Below are positions 28,626 to 38,459 of a DNA stretch of 64,000 nucleotides, in pieces (the first letter of the stretch is position 1; each line of letters starts with the position of its first letter). This DNA is from Candidatus Bathyarchaeota archaeon (lineage in GTDB: Archaea > Thermoproteota > Bathyarchaeia > Bathyarchaeales > Bathycorpusculaceae), in NCBI GenBank assembly GCA_963702095.1, contig OY969706.1, positions 2,496,001 to 2,560,000 of the forward strand, given 5' to 3'. Below the pieces are notes generated by a model. It saw only the letters and a program-made list of their open reading frames with translations. It was not told where the DNA came from and made no database searches. A program made the position numbers and the translations under genes.

Positions 28626-29180
28626 TTACCTCGCCATTTCACGGCATGACTCCGCACAGCGTCTACAAACGCTTGCACATTCCTTCATGAAGTCCTCGTC
28701 AAAGCGGTCAAAGTTGTCGGCGCATTCATCGCATATGTCAGCACATATGCCGCAGGTCTGGGGGTAATAGGTAGAGTTTCTCAGCATGAAATCAGCGTTG
28801 GTATTGCAGATTTTTGCGCAGTCCATAATGAGGTTGATGTGCTCGGCTTCTGCATGTTTGCCGCCTATGCTGAGGCAACGCAGAATGGTTTCGCTGCAGG
28901 TTTGATAACATTCCATGGAATCTTTGAGGCATTCGCGGACTTCTTCACTAGTCATGTTTTCAGAGTTTTGAATGCGTTCAAGTTCGTCCATGGTTCCAGA
29001 CATTCTGCCCGTCAATGGCAATTGATTTTTTTCTGCCCAACCTTCAGCGATGTCTTCTTGGGTTTGGGCGCCGTCAGAGTTTTCCTCGGAATAGCGGTTA
29101 ATGTCCCGTGAAGTGAATTCCTGTATAAAATCAGGTTTTTCCTTATTGGTAGTTAAGTCACGTTCAAGGGGTTTTGACAT
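28626..29180 (-). CDS. Four-helix-bundle Cys-rich copper storage protein (Csp3/DUF326-like) with an acidic N-terminal extension
   Basis: 14 Cys in CxxC/CxxxC spacing within the C-terminal ~105 aa; GGAGGTGA ribosome-binding site. Confidence 0.85.
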   Translation of the reverse strand: MSKPLERDLTTNKEKPDFIQEFTSRDINRYSEENSDGAQTQEDIAEGWAEKNQLPLTGRMSGTMDELERIQNSENMTSEEVRECLKDSMECYQTCSETILRCLSIGGKHAEAEHINLIMDCAKICNTNADFMLRNSTYYPQTCGICADICDECADNFDRFDEDFMKECASVCRRCAESCREMAR

Positions 29181-29396
29181 GTCTTCACCTCCCCTATCAA
29201 CAGCCATTGATTGGCAAAAATTAGCAAGCGTTTTTTTGAAGCCCTAAGCTATGACTTTCGATAGGTTTTCATGATTAATTTCATGTAGGCGACCATTTAA
29301 GATTATGTGACTACAATTCCAAGCCAACATCAAACTACTTGGAATCCGAAGCAAAAAAGGGGGTGCTTAAGAGAAATCTTGAGCGTCATATTTACC

Positions 29397-30290
29397 CTAT
29401 TTTCTGGGAAGCAACTCGTTTAACTCAAAGCTCGCACCGCACAGCACCGTGTCTGCTCCGCCATAGTAAACGATGACTTGATCATCGATCTGCACGTTGC
29501 CACAGCTGAAAACCACGTTTGGTACGTCGCCGATGCATTCATAGCCTTCACAAGGTGTAAGGATGGGTTTGTCTGAGCGATAGAGCACTTTCTCAGGGTT
29601 AGCCTTATCCAGCAATGCCACGCCAAGAGAATAGTTTTTCTTTTCATCAACGCCGTGGTAAATGAATAGGTAGCCTTCGTTGAGTTCGATGGGTGTTCCG
29701 GCTGCACCGATTTTGACGCTGTCCCACATTTTGTCTCGGGGTTCCATGACGGATTTGAAGCCATGCCATTTCTTGAGATCCGCAGAGTAGGAAACGCAGA
29801 TGCTGGGTTCGATTCGGTGAAACATCATGTATTGGTCGTCAACTTTGCCGGGCAGGATAAAGGCGTCCTTGTTACGTACGTTGGGAAATGGCAGGATGCG
29901 TTCTTTCCAGTTCCAATTGCGATTTACAAAGTCTTGGAGGTTTATGGAGGTTAACGATATTTGGTAGATTACGGGGAAATCGTGGTTTCGATAAGCCGTG
30001 TACGCCATGATGAGTTGGTCGCCTATTTGGGTTAAGCGTGGGTCTTCACAGCCACTGTGTTCTGCATGTTGAACTGGGGTAAAAATTGGGGTGTCGAAAC
30101 GTTCTTTAATAGTGTAGCCGTCGCTTGAAGTTGCCAAGCCAAGCCGGGAAACGTTGTCGTCTCCCATGGCTCGGTATACAATGTGGACTAAGCCGCCGCT
30201 GTACACCGCCGCCGCGTTGAAAACAGACCTTGACTCCCAGTAATTCCTCTTTATTGGTTCTAATATGGGGTTATGTGCAAAGCGTTTCAT
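29397..30290 (-). CDS. GH130 beta-mannoside phosphorylase-like protein
   Basis: FNAAA, YRA, CEDPR, NKD, FHR, YHGV, VPNVVFSCG, YYGGAD. Confidence 0.9.
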   Translation of the reverse strand: MKRFAHNPILEPIKRNYWESRSVFNAAAVYSGGLVHIVYRAMGDDNVSRLGLATSSDGYTIKERFDTPIFTPVQHAEHSGCEDPRLTQIGDQLIMAYTAYRNHDFPVIYQISLTSINLQDFVNRNWNWKERILPFPNVRNKDAFILPGKVDDQYMMFHRIEPSICVSYSADLKKWHGFKSVMEPRDKMWDSVKIGAAGTPIELNEGYLFIYHGVDEKKNYSLGVALLDKANPEKVLYRSDKPILTPCEGYECIGDVPNVVFSCGNVQIDDQVIVYYGGADTVLCGASFELNELLPRK

Positions 30291-30438
30291 ATGCCCCTCT
30301 CCCTTCCACTAAAGGTTCTACACAGGCAAAATATAAACCTGCATGGAACTTTATGTCGAAATCGCCCTTTGTGACTGTTCTTATACAATCACATGTGCTT
30401 AAACACGGCTCTACCTTCCTATATGGCGTGAGTTGTAG

Positions 30439-31647
30439 TTGGCAAACTTTGTTCTAGGCACCCCTACCCAAACGAGGGTTAAAGAGGTTGCTTATGTTAG
30501 TACTTTTCCACCCAGAAAATGCGGTATAGCCACCTTCACAGCTGATTTAGTTAACTCTATTAGCCTGTATAATCGGCTAAAAGAGCAAAAAGTCATCTCC
30601 ATAGACGGCCGCCGACTCTTTAAGCCTTCATATGAGGGTATAGAACATAAAATCGGCCGCGACTTCCTTGAAGATTACCTGTTAATGGCGGATTTTCTTA
30701 ACCAATCCACCGTTAACGTCGTTAATATCCAGCATGAATTCGGAATTTTCGGCGGAGAATCTGGAGAATATATAGGTTCTTTCCTTGAAAAACTCAAGGT
30801 ACCCGTCGCCACAACTTTGCACACGGTTTTACCAAACTTTGAAGGAAAACAAAAAGAAGTATTCGACACAATTGTCGACAAAAGCGCAGCAATAGTAGTT
30901 TTGAATAAAATAACCCAATCATTAGTAGAGCAATATGGGGTGCCAATGCGAAAAGTCAGGTTAATTCCCCATGGCTGCCCAGACTTGCCTCTACTGTCTA
31001 CCTCGAAAGTCAAGCCGAAACTGGGCTTAAAAGACAGGGTTGTGCTCTCTACGTTTGGGCTGCTGAGCCGCGGCAAGGGTATTGAACATGTCATCGAGGC
31101 TTTGCCTGAAATCATCAAACATGAGCCCAGAATAGTCTACTACGTACTGGGTGTAACGCATCCTGAGGTGAAGAAGGTCGAGGGAGAATCCTACCGCAAC
31201 ACACTTCATCGCATGGCTAAAGACCTTGGGTTACGGGGGCACGTACGGTTCTTAAACCGGTTCCTGTCTAAACCCGAACTGTACAGGTATTTGTTGGCAA
31301 CCGACGTTTACATTACGCCTTACCATTCCCCGAATCAAGTGAGCAGCGGCACCCTATCCTACGCCCTAGCTGCGGGCAAAGCAGTGGTTTCCACACCGTA
31401 CCTGCATGCAAAAGAGGCGCTCGGTGAGGGCCGCGGCGTATTCTGTGAATTCAACGATTCCCAATCTATCGCACAGCGTGTAACGGAAGTCATAGAGAAC
31501 CCGGAGCTGAGGGCTTCGCTTGGAGAGAAAGCTTACCGCTATAGTCGACACTTCACTTGGCCTTTGGTTGCAAAGAAATACCTTAGCCTCTTCGACGAGT
31601 TAGCGGGGCAACGCGTGGAGGAATTGCCATCAAGCTGCCTCCACTAA
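30439..31647 (+). CDS. GT4 glycosyltransferase
   Basis: PPRKCGIATFT, QHEFGIFGG, FGLLSRGKG, VLGVTHP, SSGTLSYA, STPY. Confidence 0.9.
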   Translation: MANFVLGTPTQTRVKEVAYVSTFPPRKCGIATFTADLVNSISLYNRLKEQKVISIDGRRLFKPSYEGIEHKIGRDFLEDYLLMADFLNQSTVNVVNIQHEFGIFGGESGEYIGSFLEKLKVPVATTLHTVLPNFEGKQKEVFDTIVDKSAAIVVLNKITQSLVEQYGVPMRKVRLIPHGCPDLPLLSTSKVKPKLGLKDRVVLSTFGLLSRGKGIEHVIEALPEIIKHEPRIVYYVLGVTHPEVKKVEGESYRNTLHRMAKDLGLRGHVRFLNRFLSKPELYRYLLATDVYITPYHSPNQVSSGTLSYALAAGKAVVSTPYLHAKEALGEGRGVFCEFNDSQSIAQRVTEVIENPELRASLGEKAYRYSRHFTWPLVAKKYLSLFDELAGQRVEELPSSCLH

Positions 31648-31649
31648 AA

Positions 31650-32678
31650 ATGGATCACCTTGAAGCCCTAACGGATGACACAGGCGTTTTTCAACACGCA
31701 AAATTCTGTATTCCAAGGCGCAGCGAGGGCTACACAACCGACGACAACGCCCGCGCCTTAGTCGTCGCCGCCAAATACCACCGCCTAAAAAAAGACCCCA
31801 AAATGAAGCATCTCGCACAGGTTTACTTGGCGTTTCTAAATCACATGCAGAAGCCCGACGGCAACTTCCATAACTACCTAAGCTATGAACGCACCTTCCT
31901 CGACGTCGACGGTTCAGAAGACAGTGCAGGACGCACCATGTGGGGTTGCGGCACCGCCATAAACTCTGCTCTCCCAGAGGATATGCGTTTTGTCGCCAAA
32001 GAAATCTTTGACCGGGGGCTACCTTGGGTTTGGAAATCCATTTCACTTCGGTTTTACTCATCTACCCTCATCGGTTTACATGAGTACTACCGAGCTATTC
32101 CAGACGAAAACCTCAAAAAAACCGCTGAAAAACTCGGCAGCCACCTCGTCCACTGCTTCCATGACCAAGCAAAGGATGATTGGCGGTGGTTTGAACCCCA
32201 CTTAACCTACGACAACGCCCGCTTAACAGAGGCGCTGTTTGTGGCGTATTTGATGGTTAAAGAAAAAGAGTTTTTGGATGTGGCGGTGGAGTCGATGGGG
32301 TTTCTGTTAAAGACGCAGATGATAAACGGCGTGTATGTGCCCATAGGCAACGACGGCTGGTACAAGCGGGGCGGCAACAGACCCGTCTATGACCAGCAAC
32401 CCTTGGAAGCCACTGCTATGGTAGCCGCAGCCGTAGACGGCTACTTCGCCACTAAAAACCGGCGTTACCTCAACGTGGCTAACTTGGCGTTTGGGTGGTT
32501 TTTGGGTAGAAACAGCCTCAAAGCCATGGTGTACAGCCCCCGAACATACGGGTGCTGTGACGGCATATGTGCAGACCGTGTAAACCGCAATCAAGGCGCC
32601 GAATCCTCCATTTCCTATTTGCTGGCGCGGCTAAAACTTGAAGAGGTCAGGCGGGGGTTGTGGCAGAAGAGAATTTAA
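31650..32678 (+). CDS. GT4-associated alpha/alpha-barrel domain; possibly the C-terminal half of a frameshifted fusion
   Basis: TDDTGVFQHA, GYTTDDNARAL, LTYDNARL, DQQPLE, NQGAESS. Confidence 0.8.
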   Translation: MDHLEALTDDTGVFQHAKFCIPRRSEGYTTDDNARALVVAAKYHRLKKDPKMKHLAQVYLAFLNHMQKPDGNFHNYLSYERTFLDVDGSEDSAGRTMWGCGTAINSALPEDMRFVAKEIFDRGLPWVWKSISLRFYSSTLIGLHEYYRAIPDENLKKTAEKLGSHLVHCFHDQAKDDWRWFEPHLTYDNARLTEALFVAYLMVKEKEFLDVAVESMGFLLKTQMINGVYVPIGNDGWYKRGGNRPVYDQQPLEATAMVAAAVDGYFATKNRRYLNVANLAFGWFLGRNSLKAMVYSPRTYGCCDGICADRVNRNQGAESSISYLLARLKLEEVRRGLWQKRI

Positions 32679-32732
32679 GGGCCAGCCAACTGCTTGATTA
32701 CATAGAACAACTGGTTTTTTGGGGTGATTTGA

Positions 32733-33146
32733 TTGTGTGAACCCATGCTTAAAGTAAAAGACATCATGTGCAAAACCGTTATCACAGCAAAAGAAGACAC
32801 GAGCATAGAAAAAGCAGTTCAGTTGCTCAACGATAGGCATGTGGGGTCAGTTGTTATAGTGGATGACGAACAGAAGGTAGCGGGGATTTTTACTGAACGC
32901 GACGCCATCCGCATCGTAGCAAACAAGTACTCCACAGAGGAGCCGCTGGGCAAAGTTATGAGCCGCAACGTTGTCACGGTTTCGCTTGAAGCCTCCTTTG
33001 ACCAAGCCAAACAGCTAATGATGTCCCATAACATCAGGCATTTACCGGTCACAGACCAAACAGGGAAACTCATTGGAATGTTCTCTTTGCGTGCCTTCTT
33101 CGACGAGGTTTTAGGAATCAAAACGCCGATTTCAGAGGCAGAATAG
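32733..33146 (+). CDS. CBS-pair protein
   Basis: VKDIM, GIFTERD, IRHLPV. Confidence 0.9.
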   Translation: MCEPMLKVKDIMCKTVITAKEDTSIEKAVQLLNDRHVGSVVIVDDEQKVAGIFTERDAIRIVANKYSTEEPLGKVMSRNVVTVSLEASFDQAKQLMMSHNIRHLPVTDQTGKLIGMFSLRAFFDEVLGIKTPISEAE

Positions 33147-33155
33147 GAATGGGTA

Positions 33156-34058
33156 ATGGAACGGTATCTGGGTAACCCGATTTTAAAACCCATTGAGGTG
33201 CATGCTTGGGAGTCAAGAGAAGTCTTCAACCCAGCCGCCGTCTACCTCAACGGCAAAGTTCATCTGCTCTACCGGGCAATGGGAAATGACAATGTTTCTA
33301 GAATCGGCTACGCCGCCACAACCGACGGCTTCCACATCGATGAACGCCTGTCCACCCCGGTTTATGTGCCTAAATCCAACTGCGAAAAAGACGGTTGCGA
33401 AGACCCGCGGATAACCCAACTCGACGACCAACTCATCATGGCGTACACGGCACTACGAGAGTACAGCCACCTCCAAGTTTACCAAGTCGCCTTAACCACT
33501 ATTAGAAAAGACGATTTTCTGGGGCGCAGATGGAACTGGACTGCTAGAAGACTGCCTTTTCCGGGCATACGCAACAAAGACGCAGTCGTGTTCCCCGAGA
33601 AAATCAACGGCAGATACGTGATGCTGCACCGCATCGACCCTGACCTCTGTATAGGCTTCTCTGACGATTTGGAGCATTGGTGTGATATCCGATCAGTTAT
33701 GAAGCCGCGTGCTAAGGGCTGGGATAACTGGAAAATCGGCGTCGGCGGCACACCGATAAAGATGGATGATTACTGGCTTGTGGTTTACCATGGTGTCAGC
33801 GTTGAACGCCTCTACTCGCTGGGCGTTGTGTTGCTGGATAAAAACAACCCTGAACGTGTGCTCTACCGCTCCAGAAGACCGATTTTGTCACCTAAAATGG
33901 ATTATGAGCGCTTCGGCAAAGTGCCCAATGTCGTGTTCAGCTGTGGAAACGTGGTTATCGGCAATGAACTCTTCGTGTATTATGGCGCCGCTGACAACGT
34001 AATCTGTGTTGCCCAGGTGAAACTGGAGAGTCTTCTTGCCTCACTGCGCACAAACTAG
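33156..34058 (+). CDS. GH130 beta-mannoside phosphorylase-like protein (paralog of 29397-30290)
   Basis: FNPAA, CEDPR, NKD, LHR, YHGV, VPNVVFSCG. Confidence 0.9.
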   Translation: MERYLGNPILKPIEVHAWESREVFNPAAVYLNGKVHLLYRAMGNDNVSRIGYAATTDGFHIDERLSTPVYVPKSNCEKDGCEDPRITQLDDQLIMAYTALREYSHLQVYQVALTTIRKDDFLGRRWNWTARRLPFPGIRNKDAVVFPEKINGRYVMLHRIDPDLCIGFSDDLEHWCDIRSVMKPRAKGWDNWKIGVGGTPIKMDDYWLVVYHGVSVERLYSLGVVLLDKNNPERVLYRSRRPILSPKMDYERFGKVPNVVFSCGNVVIGNELFVYYGAADNVICVAQVKLESLLASLRTN

Positions 34059-35113
34059 GCGGCTTTTATTATGTGGTAGCCTGAAGCTTTACGCAGTCGA
34101 TTCATCACAGCTAACCCAAGCCCCTCAGAGGGCACACATTCGGCGACAATAACATCCACGCCTTCGGCGTCCACTTCACGGAGCAGGCGGAAGAGACTCT
34201 GCGCGACTGTGGAGAGGTTAACACGGCTGCCCATGGATTTAACCACGTCGGCTTTGTAGGCGGATTGGGTTTGGTCGGTAGCTAAAATACCCACTTTTGA
34301 GCCTCCAGCCCGGTAAGATTCAGCCAACTCCCCAACCTTCCTTACAACCGCGTCTAGGTTACCCTCAACAAGGATGACTACTGCTTTGGGTGCATAATGC
34401 TTATGTTTCATGCCGGGTGAACGGGCTTTTTCTTGTTCCAATTCATGCTCCGCCAAAACAAACGGGTGAAGCTGCAGGCTGGGCAACACTTTTTTTAGTA
34501 TCTCAAACGGGGTTCCGCCGGGCCTCAGAAGCATCGGGGGGTCACTGCTTAAGTCGACGACAGTGGATTCTACCCCTATGTTGGCGGCTCCTCCATCGAT
34601 GATGGCATCGATGCGTCCGTTGAGGTCTTCGTAGACATGCAGTGCAGTGGTTGGGCTGGGTTTGCCTGAGAGGTTGGCGCTTGGAGCCGCGATGGGACAA
34701 CGGCTCTGTCGGATTAATGCGAGGGCAACCTTGTGCTGGGGCATACGGATGGCTACTGTGTCGAGCCCCGCCACGGATTCATTGGGCACTTTGCTTGAAT
34801 GCCTAAAAACTAGGGTCAAGGGTCCGGGCCAAAACTGCTTCATAAGCAACTCCGCCTGCTCTGTCACCTCAACCACTAAAGGGTAAACCTCAGAGAAATC
34901 AGCTACATGCACAATCGGCGGGTTATCCAATGGGCGATTTTTAGCGGCAAACAACCTCAAAACCGCTTCCGCATTGAGCGCGTCTGCGCCAAGCCCATAA
35001 ACGGTTTCAGTGGGAAACGCAACCAAGCCGCCCCTTCGGATGATTTGGGCTGCCTGCTCAATCTTTGCTAGGTCAGGGTTGTCTGGGTCAACTTTTAGCA
35101 GTAGCGTCTTCAT
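34055..35113 (-). CDS. sua5: L-threonylcarbamoyladenylate synthase Sua5
   Basis: FPTETVYGLG, KNRP, APSANLSG, PGMKHKHYAP, NRLRKA. Confidence 0.95.
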   Translation of the reverse strand: MKTLLLKVDPDNPDLAKIEQAAQIIRRGGLVAFPTETVYGLGADALNAEAVLRLFAAKNRPLDNPPIVHVADFSEVYPLVVEVTEQAELLMKQFWPGPLTLVFRHSSKVPNESVAGLDTVAIRMPQHKVALALIRQSRCPIAAPSANLSGKPSPTTALHVYEDLNGRIDAIIDGGAANIGVESTVVDLSSDPPMLLRPGGTPFEILKKVLPSLQLHPFVLAEHELEQEKARSPGMKHKHYAPKAVVILVEGNLDAVVRKVGELAESYRAGGSKVGILATDQTQSAYKADVVKSMGSRVNLSTVAQSLFRLLREVDAEGVDVIVAECVPSEGLGLAVMNRLRKASGYHIIKAA

Positions 35114-35604
35114 TTCAGTTGCCTTTTCTTTTGGAGCACCACTGAGGTTTCAATTTGGCGCTCTGGGATATTCCAGTAAGTCTTGAGTTGCTTATTTGTT
35201 TCTTCCCTAGAAAGTAATTTGAACCCGTTTTTCTGGTAGAAACCAATAGCCCATGACGCTGCTATCCATGTGCCCACCAGAATCAGGTCTGTTTCTGCTA
35301 AGTCCATGAGATGTTTGAGGAGTTTCTCGCCGAGTCCCTGCCGCTGGCAACCTGTAAGCGTGTAGGCATGGCGGATCAATGTGACCCTGCCAACGGGTTG
35401 GATTCCCATGACCGCCACTACTTTGCCGTTTTGGATGTAACCGTAGAATTGGACGCCAGAGCTGATTTCTTCTCGGAGCTCTTCTTTGGGCATGTAGGGT
35501 TCTTTCCACCGGTCCGCTGGGATTTTGTCCTTGTAGGCGACTGCGGCGTCGTTTACTATGGCGTAGATGGCTTGGAAGTCGTTCTCTCCGAGTTTGCGGA
35601 TCAT
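35110..35604 (-). CDS. GNAT acetyltransferase
   Basis: QRQGLG motif A, AIGFYQKNGF. Confidence 0.85.
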   Translation of the reverse strand: MIRKLGENDFQAIYAIVNDAAVAYKDKIPADRWKEPYMPKEELREEISSGVQFYGYIQNGKVVAVMGIQPVGRVTLIRHAYTLTGCQRQGLGEKLLKHLMDLAETDLILVGTWIAASWAIGFYQKNGFKLLSREETNKQLKTYWNIPERQIETSVVLQKKRQLK

Positions 35605-35609
35605 GCCGG

Positions 35610-35996
35610 TCAGATGGCTTCGGGTTCTTTTTTGCTGTCTTTTTTTAGCACTTTGTCGATTAGGTGCATGAAGAATTCTTGCGCTTGGACCTCGTTAACT
35701 TGGTCAAGGTAGACCGATACGATGGCGATTTTGCCTTTCTTGGCAGCCACGTACTCTGCGAACATGCGGGCAGAGATAACGTGTTTATCGCCCAGCAATA
35801 CAGATGAGGTGATTGAACCAAGCATGTCGTGGGGTTTAGGAACAGCAATCGCCATAGTGCCCAGTTTGTCGTCTTTTTCGCTAAGCATTACCATGATACT
35901 GTTTTTAGCTTCCACGTAAACGACTAAGAAGCGGTGTTCCTGCTGCTGGATTTCCTCTTTTATGACGTTGGCACGGTCGAAATCCTTACGTTCCAA
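35610..35996 (-). CDS. PAC4/PAC3-like proteasome assembly chaperone fold protein
   Basis: LGTMAIAVP...SSVLLGD...AEYVAAKKGKIAIVSVYL resembles eukaryotic PAC4. Confidence 0.6.
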   Translation of the reverse strand: MERKDFDRANVIKEEIQQQEHRFLVVYVEAKNSIMVMLSEKDDKLGTMAIAVPKPHDMLGSITSSVLLGDKHVISARMFAEYVAAKKGKIAIVSVYLDQVNEVQAQEFFMHLIDKVLKKDSKKEPEAI

Positions 35997-36189
35997 ATGT
36001 CTCTCCCTCTGCGCTCTGGTATTGCTTTAATGGCTTAAAAAGACTTCACACAAAAACAACGCAGTTTTTGCCCATGACCCAGCCAAAATAGAATATACTG
36101 CTCTATAGGGGAAACTATCAATTTGGGGTTGTTTATGGCAAAACCTTAAGGGGCATCGCCTACAAACCAGTCTACTGCGGGCTTTAACC

Positions 36190-37482
36190 ATGAGCAGCAA
36201 CAGGCGCATGAAGAAGTTTTTGGTTCCCACCATCCTCATCGCCATCATCGTTGTCTCAGCGTTCGCCACTCAGCAGGTCTACTTTAACGGCAGCCAAGAA
36301 AGCCTACCCATACCATACGTAGGCGTTGCCTTCGCTGGAAACACAACCACACAAGCCATCGAACAAATTGACCGAGTAAAAACTTACACTAACCTTTTCA
36401 TTTTGGATTCAGGCAGAAACCCCATCAGTCGCAACGAGTCAGCGGTCTATCAAATCTGCGATTATGCCGTCGCCAATGGATTGAACGTAATACTCAATTT
36501 AGGCATCAACGACATCATCCAAACCAACGAATCCACATGGTTTTGGCAGGAATCCATGACCGACATAAAACAGAACTTCACCCAACGCTGGGGAGCCAAA
36601 TTCATAGGCGTATACTATAACGATGAACCCGGCGGCATCCAGTTGGACGGCGACTGGACAGCATGGTACAAAACGTTCGGGTCGCATCTCAGCCAACTCA
36701 GCCAAACCCAGAATCCCGCATTCCAAGACCTCTACCAGATGTACCTCAAAATGCTCGCTTATGCAGAAAACGGCACCAAACCCGCCGACTACGATTTAGA
36801 AACAAGCTTTTTCGTAAACCATGTAGTGGCTGAAGACCCCGGATTAGTGGCGCTCAACAAAGCTCAAATCAGCACCTTCACCTCCGATTATGCGCTTTAC
36901 TGGTTTGACTACTTAGGCACTTACGATGTCATGTTTACAGAGTTAGGTTGGAATGAAAGCATTGCCCAGCAGATAGACCTCGTCAAAGGCGCGGCCAGGC
37001 TTATGGATAAAGACTGGGGCGCCATGGTCACCTGGAAATATATGGATGTACCATTTCTGGATACCGGAGGCCAGATTTACGATCAAATGCTAATGGCTTA
37101 CCAAGCTGGCGCCAAATACATCGCAATTTTCAATTACGCCAAAGACGACAAAGGCAACACCGCCGCCGCCATGACTGACGAACACTACCTTGCGCTGGAG
37201 CGGTTCTGGAACGACATGCACACCGAAAAATTCGCGGACTTAAGTAAGCCTGAGGCTGTGCTGGTTTTGCCGCATAACTACGGGTGGGGCATGCGTAACC
37301 CCACCGACACGATCTGGGGTTTTTGGCCTCCGGATGACAGGTCCGTGCAAGTGGGAACCGTCATGAGTCATTTGCTCGCCAAATACGGTGCCAGCCTCGA
37401 CATAGTCTACGAGGACTCCATGTACCCAATATCGAAGGTAGACTACCAGCATGTGTACTATTGGAACACAACAAATGTCTAG
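36190..37482 (+). CDS. Membrane-anchored or secreted hypothetical protein, possible glycoside-hydrolase TIM barrel
   Basis: N-terminal TM segment; GVYYNDEPGG, FTELGWN, AGAKYIAIFNY. Confidence 0.7.
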   Translation: MSSNRRMKKFLVPTILIAIIVVSAFATQQVYFNGSQESLPIPYVGVAFAGNTTTQAIEQIDRVKTYTNLFILDSGRNPISRNESAVYQICDYAVANGLNVILNLGINDIIQTNESTWFWQESMTDIKQNFTQRWGAKFIGVYYNDEPGGIQLDGDWTAWYKTFGSHLSQLSQTQNPAFQDLYQMYLKMLAYAENGTKPADYDLETSFFVNHVVAEDPGLVALNKAQISTFTSDYALYWFDYLGTYDVMFTELGWNESIAQQIDLVKGAARLMDKDWGAMVTWKYMDVPFLDTGGQIYDQMLMAYQAGAKYIAIFNYAKDDKGNTAAAMTDEHYLALERFWNDMHTEKFADLSKPEAVLVLPHNYGWGMRNPTDTIWGFWPPDDRSVQVGTVMSHLLAKYGASLDIVYEDSMYPISKVDYQHVYYWNTTNV

Positions 37483-37505
37483 TATATCGAAATATTGGGG
37501 GAACG

Positions 37506-37644
37506 TTTTCTTTTTTTAGTGTTAGAAGAATAGGATGCCGCCCTTACTCATCATCTTCTCAGGGACATGGCAAGCAACTGTGTTTTGCGTTCGGCAATAG
37601 AGATGCGATGCTGGCTGGTTGAGGGCAAATCCTCAAGCAGAACC
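37506..37644 (+). repeat. Dispersed intergenic repeat family 1, copy B
   Basis: CGCCCTTACTCATCATCTTCT identical to copy A; GCTGGTTGAGG and CAAGCAGAAC. Confidence 0.85.
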
Positions 37645-37663
37645 AAAAAAACCCTTTGACTCT

Positions 37664-38386
37664 CTAGAAGGGCTCGTAGTATCTGGGGTCCGAGTATCTG
37701 CTTTGCTTGAAAATCGTATAGCCTGCTGCGCCCCCGATTACTGCGCCAAGGGTGAAGCTGATAATGATCCATGAGTTGAAGGTTGGAAACGGGTTATGAA
37801 ACCCCAACTGAACCAGCCCCGCCAACAATAAGCCACCTCCAAAAAACAGACCCACCGCACCCGCGAATGCTCCAGCAGCGATTATCGAGAGTTGAGCACC
37901 CAGCATTTGACGGTTCGGCTGCATCATTGACCTCTTAACCCTTGCCTTCTCGGCGGCGATTAGGAAAACAAAGGCTAAAACCGCCGTCAACAGGTACTCG
38001 GCAAACGGCTCCAGCAAAATCACTCCTGAAAGGAACAGCCCAAAATCCAAAGCAACCATCGCGACGGAGAAGAGGCTTACCACGATCATGTAGCCCCTTG
38101 GAAAAGGCGCTTCAATCTGTGACTGGCTCTTCCTCGCTGCTAAATCTTGTACGAGGTTGGCGGCAAGTTTTCCCTTATCAGTCAAGACATAGAGTCCCCC
38201 GCTGTCTTTCGTAACTAACTCGCTTAGGACTTTTAGGTGGTAGTTGAGTTTGCCCGTGTTGCTTATTCCAAGTGCCGTCATTAAGTCGGTGTAGCTTTGG
38301 CTGCCTTTCTCGTTTAGTAACGCAACGATTTTTCTTCTTTTTTCGTCCTTGAGTACTTTGTGCAGGGATTCAAGTCCAGAGGGCAT
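37664..38386 (-). CDS. ArsR-like winged-helix regulator fused to a 4-TM domain
   Basis: LKDEKRRKI...NTGKLNYHLKVL...YVLTDKG followed by hydrophobic helices. Confidence 0.85.
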   Translation of the reverse strand: MPSGLESLHKVLKDEKRRKIVALLNEKGSQSYTDLMTALGISNTGKLNYHLKVLSELVTKDSGGLYVLTDKGKLAANLVQDLAARKSQSQIEAPFPRGYMIVVSLFSVAMVALDFGLFLSGVILLEPFAEYLLTAVLAFVFLIAAEKARVKRSMMQPNRQMLGAQLSIIAAGAFAGAVGLFFGGGLLLAGLVQLGFHNPFPTFNSWIIISFTLGAVIGGAAGYTIFKQSRYSDPRYYEPF

Positions 38387-38459
38387 ACGGGTAATGGGGC
38401 TATGATGGGATTTTAGGGTTTTTGATAAAAAAAGTTATCAACGGCGTCAGAGGGGCAAC

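Noticed and set aside
37538-37565. Box C/D-like CTGA-gaag-ATGATGA on the minus strand of repeat copy B
   Set aside because: Copy A has CTAA, copies C and D lack both boxes, and no flanking C/D pair is present. It probably arises from the TCA/TCT triplet stem.
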